From NCBI GenBank assembly GCA_900088475.1, contig FLMG01002184.1:62974-126973 (forward strand): a DNA stretch of 64,000 nt. Direction: 5' to 3'. This document shows, piece after piece, positions 48,844 to 61,200 of this stretch. The notes below the pieces were generated by a model, which was given only the letters and a program-made list of their open reading frames with translations, was not told the DNA's origin and did no database searches. Position 1 is the first letter of the stretch; every line of letters starts with the position of its first letter. The translations under genes were made by a program, and so were the position numbers. The stretch is from Hyphochytrium catenoides. Its lineage: Eukaryota > Protista > Hyphochytriomycota.

Positions 48844-51800
48844 ATGAAAGAGCTTCCAGTTTCCGAGGTTCGGAGGGACGGCCATAGCACTTGGAGTAAC
48901 ACCATCTCCTTGCGTCCAGTACTTGCAACTTCGGACTCCTCGACAATCTTAACCCTGGAGGCGTTTGTGCCATGCCTCTTAATTGCTCTTATCGTATTCG
49001 AAGTTCGCAGGCATGCTCAATCACCGCTCTTAGGTGATAGGGTTGAAAGGTCGGATGAACTTGCTTCTTTATCCAAAATCATATGATTCTGTTCTAATCA
49101 CCAGGGCAATCCGCAGAAGTGCACCTCGTGGACTTAGACGCAGACCCTGGCTTGGCTGGATTACGAATGTCTTGAGAGTCACGGACAATGAGTTCATGGA
49201 TAGCGCTGGCCCAGATGCTTTGGTATTTATCAGGTTCCAGCATCTATTCCTGAAGCTATCAATCTATGGATGCATTGCGGGTCTTCCGCTAGGGCTAGGT
49301 TACCTCTTGAGTGATCACAATATTAGTGCGGTAAGCACGGTCTCGTATGACATTCTCCCTGGGTATGTTTGAGTGCTAACATAGACAGAGCACAGGCGGA
49401 CTCCGTCAGCATCTTGGACTTAACCTCAATAGCCAATATTCCCCGGAGAGAGAATAGTGCTCTATGGTTGCCAGGCGTGGCCATGTGGGTCTTCACTTAC
49501 TTTGTAGTACGGGCTCTAGAACAGGTGTGAGATACCAGCCTTGTTGCTCATTTGTAAACAAAGTTGCTGACAAAAAGATATGTACCATCCAGGAGTATCG
49601 AAGAGTAAGTTTGCGAACCTCTGGAACGTTTCTAAACACTCACCTGCGCCGCTATGGTCTGGTAGTTTGCGAGGTTGAGACATCGATGGCTCCAGAGCCT
49701 GAGGCCCGAGAACTACACGGTGAGTGATTCATCAACAGGCTGGCGTTTGCAAGCTTATGCATCTCTTGGGCAGGTCGTAGTTCGCGCAATCCCAGTTCCT
49801 TTGCGATCCAAATCCTCCCTGGCTGAGTATTGTCGAAGACTATTTCCGGAAGGTTTCTACAGGTCCGCATAACAAGACGCTAGTACCTTGGCACGTTCCT
49901 AACACTATCTCGCCCAGTGTCTCGGTGATTAGAGAGGTTGAAGGGCTTGAAGAGCTCTTAACTGCACGAGAGGATTCTGTGAAGAAGCTTGAACGGGAAT
50001 TGCGAAGGTTTGGCAAGTGTACTATATCGTTAAGTCTTTCGCGGTTAAAACTCACCATCGAAGACAGGCCACACGGGACCGGAACCTGGAGGATCTGTAA
50101 GAGGGACAGGGTAATGGACCATGAGGTCTTTACCTGGCTAGATGCTGCCGCAGCTAATGGGCATGTGTAGGATATGTCTTTTCACTACCAAGAAACACTT
50201 CAGGATCTGGATCGTAAAGTACACGAGATTGTCGAAAGACACAAAGCTCAAAGCGCTACCATTGAGAAGGCTATTGCACGACGGCTAGCTTCAGCAGAGT
50301 CTGAGAGGCCGATGAAAGAGATTTTAGATAGCACTCCTGATGATGTTGATAGACAAGATGTTGGCTACGACCCCATCTTCAGCCTGAGTGATGCTCTTGA
50401 ACAGCCACCCAAGCCCACTCTTGCGTCTGACCTATTCAACCTCCTGGGCACGAGCAATATAACTGCGGGTCAGTATATGTAGCTCTCTGTATGCACATGA
50501 CGATTGCACTCAGCTTTCTCGAAAGCCTTCATCTCGTTTAAGAAGCTCCAAGATCTTGCGGTCATGCGGCAGTGTGTGCAATCACGCTTTCCCAGTGTAT
50601 TTTTGGTCACTGAGGCTCCAGGCCCAGGCGACATTATCTGGAAAAACCTTTTGACCCCACCTGTACGAAGCAGGATTCGAAAATTACTGGCCTTCGCCTT
50701 GCTCCTAGTCCTGTAAGTACTCAGATATACGAGTCTTCCTGGTAGACTCTAACCACGTTCATCAGGCTCCTGTTTTGGTCGATCCCCACGACGTTCATTG
50801 TCTCCTTCAGTAGGTCCAGGTCTCCCTAGATCTACCATTTCTCCGGGGCCTTACTGATCCCTTTTCAGCTTCCCCAGAAGCCCTACGGAAAGGATTGCCA
50901 GGGGTTGAACAGCTAATGGAGGATTATCCGGTCTTCCGTCGTCTAGCACGAAGCCTTTCTCCGCTGGCTTTGCTTCTTTTCACAAGCTTGCTCCCTCCCT
51001 TATGCCTATGTGAGCCGAGACTCTGATATATCCCTGATACAATACACGATACTTACTGCGCCCTCGTAGTTCTTTCCAGGCATGAGAAACTTCTGTCGGA
51101 AAGTTGGATTCGCATCTCATGCTTTCAAAAGTTGTACGTCTTCCAGATGACTCAGATACTTCTGATCAAAACCGTGTCCGCTACCGTCTTCAGCACCGTT
51201 CTGTCAATCGTAGATCATCCTGCAGATCTTGTAGCCATTTTGGCCGATAGTCTACCGAAGGTAGGATGGACATGATGTCCACATTATGGCATCTTTAACC
51301 TCGTTCGTGTTGCTGCAGCAAGCGTACTTCTACCTCAACTTCGTTATCATCAAAACTTTTCTTGGCTTACCTGCTGAGCTACTCAAGGTACCTGGATGGG
51401 CACTCTTCACACTCTCCAGGGCCATTGGTAGGGAGAACAGGACTGCAGATGGATTACCAGCCTATCAGCGGCCCGGGAACGTCAAGTACGAGCAACATTA
51501 TAACGAGTAAGTTGCGCAATGGATCCACTATAAGCATGCTCAATTATGGCTAATACCCTCCGCAGCCAGTTGGTTGTCCTGACGATGCTGATGGTCTACG
51601 CTGTGCTTTCCCCTCTTATAGTTCCTCTGATAGCTCTATACTTCGGATTCTCTGCAATCCTATGGCGATATCAGGCTCTTCATGTGTACACCGCGAAGTA
51701 TGAGAGTGGTGGTAAAATGTTCCCTTATGTAAGGCTTTTCACTTGCATCAAACGAGGCTGCTTATTAGCTGACGCCGCAATGTCACAGGTCTTCAGAAGG

Positions 51801-52184
51801 ATAGTTTGGGGTCTAATAATTGGTCAGATTACCCTCTTTGGGGTGTTGGCCCTACACCACGCTTTTCTAGCGTCGCTCTTTGTGCTGCCTCTACCACTGG
51901 TGACCTGGGCCGTGACAGGGGCCTTAGACTCAAACTACTCTAGAACAGCTGGAAATCTGCCCTTACATCTTGCCATTGCAGCTGACACAGAGAGGGAGAT
52001 GAAAGGTAAGACTGTACAAAAACAAAAATTTTGACCGATCGCTTGAAGATGGGTAAATGACGATGGTTTTACAGGGCTGAGCTTTGATTTTCTAAGCGAC
52101 GCCTACATTCACCCGGCATTCCGAGGGACAGAAAATGTGGAGACAAGGCTTACAAGTAGCAGTGACAACTCGAAGGTGTTATAG
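48844..52184 (+). CDS. CSC1/OSCA/TMEM63 family cation channel (about 16 introns; start uncertain)
   Basis: AGPDALVFIRF, TSIANI, EYRR|FARLR..ENYT|VVVRAIP, AFISF, EAPGPGDIIWKNL, FWSIP, YAVLSPLIVP, YQALHVYTAKYESGGKMFP, AYIHPAF. Confidence 0.9.
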
Positions 52185-52284
52185 CGAGACTCACTCCTCC
52201 TGTTCTTATGCTAATGAGTTTAATACATATCTTTTAGCCTACCAGCTTCAGTAGCTGTCGAATTTAACAGCTAATTCTGCCTGC

Positions 52285-55200
52285 CTAGAAAGTTACTCCC
52301 CCATGATCATCCATCTCCCCGGTCTGACGGGAAGGGCTGTGCAATCTGCTATTGACTAGACTCTCGACCATACTGCTGAGATCATTAGCAAACGCTCTAC
52401 CCGCTTCAATAGGTGCTGTTGCCTCAGTTGGAGTTGTCCCACCACCATCAGCTGTAGGAGTCAACGGTTGTCCCGGCGAGGCTAATGCAGAAACACCTGA
52501 TCCTTCAATGATGCCATTAGGCCCTGCGCCTAGCCAACCTCCACCGCTTTGCGCCGCACGCTGAGCTTGCGTGGTATTGTCAGCATCAATGGCTTGGCAG
52601 TGCTTAATAGCGTATAGGAGCCTGTCCGTCATCACGTTCAACGAGGTATACATTGGAAGATCAATAGAGAAGAAGCATGTGTGTGCCACAGGCAAATAGG
52701 CATCCGGATTCGGGGCACTCTTTGGCATCCCACTTATTTTGAAGTCCTGTGTGAAGTCCGAGGCATGTGCTGGAAGGCGCGAACGTCCCCAAACAAAGCG
52801 GAGGAAGAGGGATTTCTGCTCATCAGTAAATCTTTCCAATGCTTGCCAAAAGAGCTGGATGTGCGCATCAGTAGCTTGGCAGCCCTCACCATAAACTGTT
52901 CGACGCTTAAGCAGCTCAATGTCTACAGTTGGACGGCCACAAACCATCATCCTCAGCTCATCATGCTCAAACATTGAGAGGAGAGGGAAAGGCACTATGG
53001 TAGCTAAGCCTCTGGCAATTGCCTCACAGGATGCCCGAAACTCTGTCATGCGAAATGCCCGGAGAAGGATGGCATAGTCGTCTTTGTTTTGCCATGTTAC
53101 CCTCATCTCAGCCCCTCCTGGGAAAAGTTCCACTTCCTGCCCAGTGGCCGAGATCGCTGTGAACATGGTGTCAATAGCATCTAGGAAGTTCTCTTCTGTC
53201 ATACCGCTATCTTCCAGTGATCCGATTGTGTTAACCAGCTTAAAGGAACCCTCATCGATCTCTTCGATATCGTCCTCCAGTAAAACGTCCCCTACTAATG
53301 GCTTCCATACCATGGCGGGTAGATTGAGGTCTAAAGGGGTCTTGCTCCTTATAGCCATTCCCATGAGCTTGCCAACGAACTCCAACATGGAAATAATGGC
53401 AGGGTCCCCGGCTGCAGCCGGGTTAGGAACGAAAGCACCTTGGTTTCTGCCCAAACCCTGGCGGGTGTTGGGGGTTTCAATAAAGATAGGTAAAAGTTTA
53501 GATTGCAGTTCGGTTGAAAGTTCTGCCATCGTCTCGCGGAAGAGCCCTCCAAAGTCATCGCCATATTCTCCTAAGAACTGGCACTTGAAGGATCGATCAG
53601 ATCCGCGCAGAAGGGAAGGCTGCAAGTGGTGTAATTGGTTGAAACACTGGGAAAAGATGGTACTACCATACATGTCGCCCTGCGATATAGTATCTCGAGT
53701 CTCGCTTTCGCGTAGATTGTGTGCACGATGTCGATCAATTTCGACCTCAGGTCGAGAGGAAGCTGGGGCTTCTCTGTCCTTTAATATGGTCTCCCACCAC
53801 GATACCTTCACATCGTGAAATATTAACGTTTTCAACCTCTTAATTCCGGACCCCAACAAACTCCATCGGTCCCCGACTGTAAAGTCGACCATCGGAAGCA
53901 CCTGCTGCAGACGCCTGTTGAAGTTACGTATTACTACAAAACGGGCACCGATCTCCTCCAAAGAGAATTTTGCCAGCGCCGAATAATTGCTGACTAATGT
54001 TGTCAGACTGGCAACTAACTCCTCTGGCGACAACCGCAAGGGATCGAGATCTACGGCTCCGGGTAACCGGTTCGCGCACATGCCATTCACCAAAGCAACG
54101 ATGGCCTGATCTTGCTCTATGGTGAATTGTGCTTGAAGGCGTTGCATCGCCTCCAAAGAACTGCGATGGCTGGATGCGAGTATACGCCTCGCGGTATGGG
54201 AGAATTCAGGAATGACACTAAACGCGATACCCCACTTGTTGGTCAAGAGCAAATCTTGAGAGTTCTTTTGATTACCTTCGGCGGCGGCCTGGTCCCGGGA
54301 AACTCGCATCTGCGTACGAGCTTTGGCCACCTCCATTCGTCTAGAGAGTTCTTCTCGTTCTTCGGCCACCATAGTCTCAATCATATCTGCGTTGGTCAAG
54401 ATAAACTCCACAGCCCGGGTGGGATCGTCATCGCTATTACGAAGTGCAAAGATGCAGCTGTCGAGACTAAAGCCCAGAGCTGATAACTCCATTGCTAAGG
54501 TCTTACGATGAGGCGGAATCTCGAGTTCTGCCAAGAGCTCAGTGTCGCCGAGGCTTTCAGAGTCGTTAAGACTGATGCTCTCACTGCTTGAACCCGACGC
54601 CGTTGAGCCATCCTCCACCCGATGACCAGACACTAATTCTATACAGTCCTTTTGATTGTAGAGTGCGAAACCCGGGTAGAGTGCACCTTCCAGCTTAGGG
54701 CCGACACCACCTGGACCGAAAGCAACGCCGAAGTCCTTCCCGTTTAAGGCAAACGAAAGAGTACCCTGGACTAAGTCCAGAGTCATTCGGACCAGATCTC
54801 CACTTTTAAACTTCTCTCCATATGCCCCACGATGTTTTGTTCCATTGTGCCAAAGTGCTTTGTTCCCGATCCAGCCCCATCCTTTACTGTCCTTGCCCAG
54901 ATATGAATCGAGACGAATGTCTTTCCGTCCTACTCCAACGAAGATGTTGGCGCTGGAGGTAACGGAGACTATTCTTATCTCCCAAACGTGGATGCCTGTT
55001 TCGAACCGGGCCATCCCAAGGCAGGCTTGCCATCCCTTATCCCTTGTAAGGCCTGCTCTCATATCTCCTGCTTCTAATCTCACAAAGGGCCCTTTGCGGC
55101 CCCTATCAAACCGGCACTGGAAGTGGTTTGGAGATGGGAACCTCCATGTAAAGGAGTTACCTGGGACTGTAACTTCCTGACCACCACAAAGTCCAGTGAA

Positions 55201-58200
55201 AGCTCTCAATTCTGAGCCTACGGATCTCGCATCGTCTTGAGAAGCACTCAGCCCTTGCAAAATTTGCAGGCAATGCGCAGCATGAGTTTCAGACTGCGGT
55301 GCAAGCCTTATTCTTAGAGCTGTGGCCAGCGGCACCAACACTTTACCCTCTAAGCGGGATAACGTGTAGGGATGCCCGCTTTCAATGTACTTGCATTCGT
55401 CTGCAGCGATGGTGGAGAGGAATGTATCGGCAGCTAACAAAAACTCCTCTGGAAGCCTCCTAGGAATTAGAGTCTCTACATCGTCACCCTGACCCAGATA
55501 AGTTGGCACACTAAGCGCGTTGATGATTTGCATTACTTCGTAGGCAGAGTTAAACCAGTCAATGCCTTCGAAAAGATTACTCCAATCAGGACCACATAGG
55601 TCCAACATGAACCCGTCTACGGTCCCTGAGGAGGACCCCATGCCAAAGTTCAGCTTTACAGTAGTGCCTCGCTGAAGGCTGATGACTGGACAAAGATTTT
55701 CGGGATTCAGGACAGACATGAAAAGGATGCCAACCAGGTTGCCATTTAAAGAATAAAAGATCTCCCCAGTGTCAAGTCGAAGTCCACAACCAATAGTATC
55801 ACCGACTGTCGCCATCGGCATACCATCCGGCAACGGACACATCTCCGCCCGAGGGGTAGTGGTTAGTAGTTTACAGTCTCCCACGTCATAACCGTATGTA
55901 TGACCAGTCTCACCCATCACTACCGACTCCTGCGGGGCGATAAAAAGAAGCAGTCACCCAAACATATTAGGACTGAGCGTGGACAGTAACGTTTAAGGGT
56001 TACACATGTACGTACCACGGCGGCCATTCTAGGTCCATAGCCCACGATTAAGCCCTCGATCTTTGAGCTCTTTTCAACGGCAGTAATTTGGAGCTCATAG
56101 TATAGCAGGGTAGCTGCAGGTTTGATTTGACTCACCAAGCCCACGTTAATAGTCTTGGTGGTTTTGCATCGAATGATGCCACTGGGCCTTTCTGGTTGGG
56201 TTACAAGCTGACTTGGCAGCCATTCGCTTACTAGTGCTTCCTTAGCCCTTGACACATTCGTTTCTCTTAGAGGAGATGTGCGAAGGCCCTGGGTGCAATC
56301 CGGTTCGCGCTGGCAGCTTCTAAGGTCCGTAGACCAGTTTGCCCGGTAGGGTAGCCGCATCTGTTTCCCAGAGCCCAATGGGTCAACTTCAGGGAGGTAT
56401 CCTGTTGTTAGTTGTTCATTTTCGTGAACCACAAGGAGAAGTTCTATTAGGCCTTGGAGGACTGCACTCATCATCATGCGGTCCTTTTGTAGCTTGAACT
56501 GTCGAAGCATCTCTCCTCTGAACGCGACAATGCTAGCTTTACATATGTTAGTTCTTGTTCGCCGCAAAAGCACAGTCAATGTCCGTATCAAGTCAATACG
56601 ATTGTGATCATGCTCGGCAACTTCAAATGCCTTAGTGCTCACGGAGAGTAAGGCATCGCATAGGGACGGATGAAAGATGGTCTTTGAGGCTGTGTCACAT
56701 GTTGATACCTGTTCCTCCACATCAAGCAGGACTTTAATCAACCGAATGGCCCCTACCGTAGCACTTTCACCACAAAGCATTTGATCTTCCTCACTAAACG
56801 TCAGACTGAAAGTCGGTAGGGAAGCAGTCACGCCATTATCTCCGACTTTTCGGCAACTAACGAAGGAGGGACTGCTTTGTCCTTGTGCAGACACCCAAAG
56901 AGAAAGAGCATCATACGCGACACCCGTCAAAGGTGCTGTCGACTCCTGGGAGGCTAGGCTTAAGCCTTGGGACGTCGGATCTACTTGGCCATGTGCATAC
57001 TGCACGTAGGATGACCATACGCAAGCACTTGGCATTAGCACCTCAGCTAATGAAGCTTTAAGACAACGCAAGCTATTTAGAGGCGGTGGCTGGGTTCCCG
57101 TTTTGGTAACGTGGATGCAACCCAAAGGCACATATCCATCTGGAGCTACAGGAATCCAAAGCATATATTGTTGAGCAGACTCTCCCGGTTTGTCCGAAAA
57201 CCCAGTGGTCAGAGGTATGCATTTGTACTCTCTTGGGACGGTAAGTATGCCTGATCCATCATCACGAATAAGAACTGAGGGTGAGGAAGGGGGCTGAGCC
57301 ATATCTTCGGTCGTCAGAATAATGTCCTCTAAAGGAAACCACTCCTCGGGAGCAAACCACTGTCCTGGCTGGTTAACAGACGGCCGCCAAATGGTCGTCA
57401 TCGTTGGCTTCTGTACCCCTTTATCTCGAATAAATTCTAAGCCGTGTGCGCCAATCTTTATCTGGTCATTGAACCACCGCCATCTGTGCTCACGCATAGG
57501 GTTCGCAGCAGGTAAGGTCGCCATGTGAATATAGGAGTTGACGAAGATGCACTCCACACCGGAGGATAACAGGACCGGGTGCTGAAGATGGGCTTGTGCG
57601 TCGAATTGGGGTTGATGCAAAAACCAACGTTCATTAGAACTAAAGTCCGGCTACGCTTTCCAACGATTGTAGCTTACCTTTGGCACATTGCTTGGAAAAA
57701 TACTGGATTCCAGCCGCACACAGGTTTTGCAGGGTTTCTACAAAGAGAGCTTGTCCGGCGCATCCACTGCCCTCCAAACTCGTAGCTGAGGCCTCCTCCT
57801 TCAAGTGGAGGACCAGCAGTTCAAAGAGTGCTTTGGCAGGATCCTCCAATCTCTCGTAAGGCCCATTTGGGAAAGAGAGGCTCAATGGTACACCACGTTC
57901 TGCAAAATCTTCCCTTTGAGTGGATCGATGACGTAGTGCACTAGCCACTAGAAATTTCTCATACTGCTCGAGGATCTCCTCATCGGCATAGCGGACCTGG
58001 GGCCACGGGTTTGTGCATATGGACCCTGGATTCGACCACGGTTGAAGCAGCCGACGCAGGACAGATTTGCTCCCTGTTACAGTACGTAATCAGAAAGGCG
58101 ACAAAATTTGTTCCGCGCTATTCAAAATTCAGGGCTAAATCAACCTCCACGTATCCTTACCTTGGTTATAGAGGAAGGTGGAGCCAGTGCCTGAGATCGG

Positions 58201-61200
58201 TCTTTCACTTTGGTTTGATGCAGATGCATAAGCTCGAAACACGCGACCTAGCAACTGGCGTCCAAACGTCGCCAACAAGGCGCTAGAGACTAAGACCTCT
58301 TCCGCCTCTAACTGGCTGAGTGGCATGTTATCTAGTCCCACATCTGCATGGATTGATGTGCTAGCAGGCTTCACGTCCGGATTGGCCAGGCAAACGTTCC
58401 ACTGTAAGAAGGCAGAGCCCACGTCACTGCTCTCGAAGATGTGATAGGAAGGACTGGAGCGGATGTCGTCAGCTTCCGTCGACTCTTCGGTCCACAAAAT
58501 TCTAGGATCACGGCTCGACTCCCAATGAGAGGTAGAGTCCGGGTTGTCCGCTTGACTTATGGACAACCGCTGAATGTCGTTAAGATGGGCATCCCTAAGC
58601 TTAGCGTATTGGTCGTTGTTCCTCTCGAGTCGACGAGCTAACCACGCTACCGACGAGAGGAGGCAGTCCTCTGACATCATCAAACCCTCCATACACAGCT
58701 CTTGAGAAAGCCCGAGCAGATGACTCAGCATAATCGCAGCCTTCTGGCGCCTGTCCCTAACCGCTTCCTCTTGAAGGTCTCTATGGGTAACTTTAAGCCA
58801 AGCAAGAGCCTCACCGTAGTTGCCATTAGTGACCGACAAAGCTTGAGCACACCAGTCCTTTGGTATAGTGAATCCAATGCTGCTTGTGGCTTTCTCAAGG
58901 AGCTGGGCAATCTTTGCCTGGCTCTCACTATCATCGTAGCTTCCCGACTTTAGATCTATAGTCTTTCTTCGCACAGCGTTACGATTACCTGTGGAACCTG
59001 CAGAGCTACTTGGAGCTGAGCTAAAAACATCCCTTTCGCTAGGAAAAAATGAGCTGAGGCGCCTGGGCCTGTGTCCGGCCGTAGCTAAGAGAGAGCTTGC
59101 TTGGCCTGTGCTTTCCAGAATCTCTTTTGCTCCCGATGTAGGTGACAATGGAGCATCTCCCGTCATCTGTAGATGGCTAGAGCAAGAGCCGTCAGAAACC
59201 AAACATCACAAGCGGTCCACGCCTTGCTACCTTGGGGAAAGAAGACTCTCTACTCTTGGGGAGTCGATGGCAGGATTTGGGGACATCAAGCTTGGAACTT
59301 CTACAGCTGATTGGCCGTCTATAGTCAAGCTTTGCAACCCAATTCGTTGACGTTGTGTGCTCAGTCTCCTGCTCAGTGACGTTGGAATCTCCTCGTTTCT
59401 TGACGTTACTGTTCCTACATTGACATCGATCAGACCTGGACTGCGCTAGATTTAGCAGTATCTAAGCTACCTGGGGCCGGAAGTGGTCTATTATTCTCAA
59501 CCGATGTTGCTCTCGCCTCTTGAAAGGAAGCATTCCTTGCAGTTTCGGTAACCTAGTAAGCACATCAGCTCTACATAGACTTAAATAGAAAGTGTAGCTC
59601 TTTCTCTCCCGAGTACCTCGTTATTGACGGTCAGCCCTCGAGGAGAGACCACATCAGACGGTGCCGCTGCTAGGTGTCCTTGGTTTGATGCGCTAGCTAT
59701 ACTGGCTCTCTGCGATAGGACCGACTGGTTATTCGGCAGCTGAAATTCAAAGGTTATGAGGCCACCGCGGGAGAGGATAAGTGAAAGACGAGCCCCAGGA
59801 TGCAGGGCAACGGAAGTATTATGGATCCGTATGCCGTCTACAATGGTCCCGTTTTTGCTTGTGTCCCTCAGTTCATATCGAGAATTCCAACTACCGTCAA
59901 CACTTCTGTCCCCAGGAAGATGCCTGAGGGAGAAGTGTTTGCTGCTTATGCTACGATCATTGATCACGACGTCACAACTCCCTAGCTGTCGACCGAGAAT
60001 CACGAAAGATTGGCGCAACTCCACCAGCGAGACACCAACATTGACCTCCTCCTCCAACCCACTTGGGATGACACTAAGAAGACCCCATACAGGAACCACG
60101 GTAGCGTCTGAGTCGCTGCCAAAGTTCGTTAAGATTAGTGGAGGCCGACTGTCTTTTGGCTGGTGGCTGTGACCGTCGCTATGGCCTGTGGTTGCCTTCC
60201 GATCATTCTTGACTGCATTAACAGTCACAGCTTTGGTCGGAACTTCGACATTTCCTTTAGCGCTAGCTTTCTTTTCCGTAGCAGCCAAGGGCAGTTCCGA
60301 CGGTGATTTTGAAGTGAGCAATTTGCCTAGGACCTATCAGCACCAATTGAGCAGACATGATCCTCAAAGGTGGTGATACGTGACATACCAATGACTGCTG
60401 CAAATGGAGGTCAGCCTCAGCTGCCTGGATCGCCTCCTTTCTCTGCTGGCGCTCCTTTACTGCATGCCATCTTGCCTGAAGCAGAATTGCTCCAGCTTCA
60501 ACACCCTGCCCAGAAGCTCCATTAGCTCTCCACTTCTGGACTCCTCCCGTACCCCACTTCGCTCTCTTACCTTGACATTCTCGAAGCCCAACTTCTTCCA
60601 CCACCGTCTTATTTCGTTTCCACCCTCGCTCGAAACTGCTTGAATGATAGCATCTAAAGCCTCTTTGGTAAGCAAGTCTTCATCACAGCCTACTCTAACG
60701 GATAGTAGAGTGGATAGAGCTTTTGCAGTTCGCCACTGCATCTGTCGGCTTAAGTTGCTAAACATGCATAGAAACTCCGGCGACGCCCCAGACTTTTTAT
60801 GTTGGTGCTTTGCCGAAAGATATGGCTGCTCCCTTAAGAGACCGAAAAATGACTGGAATGCCTAAGGAACACGACTCAGCCTCGGGTCGGTCTAAAATGC
60901 GGCACTTGACGTACCTGTGGGTCGAGATCGAACATTTCAGTAGTAGGTGATACGCGCTCAGCTGCCCGTAGCATCGAGATGGCATATCGCTTCACGGTGC
61001 CACTGTTCTCACGTAGTTCAACCTCTGCCTCCTTTTCGTTTGAGTCTAGCCTTAAAACGGTACCTATGAGATGCTTAGCCGGGACTGCTTCTTGAATAGA
61101 GACGGTAGAACCAGGCCTGAGCTGCTCGGTGAAGCCACCAGTTACCGCTATGACACCCAGCATATGATAAAAATTCCTTAGTGCTTGAATGCCCGAGGGA

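Noticed and set aside
49011-49104. Possible GC-AG first intron in CSC1
   Set aside because: A canonical GT donor at 49050 in the same phase gives an open frame
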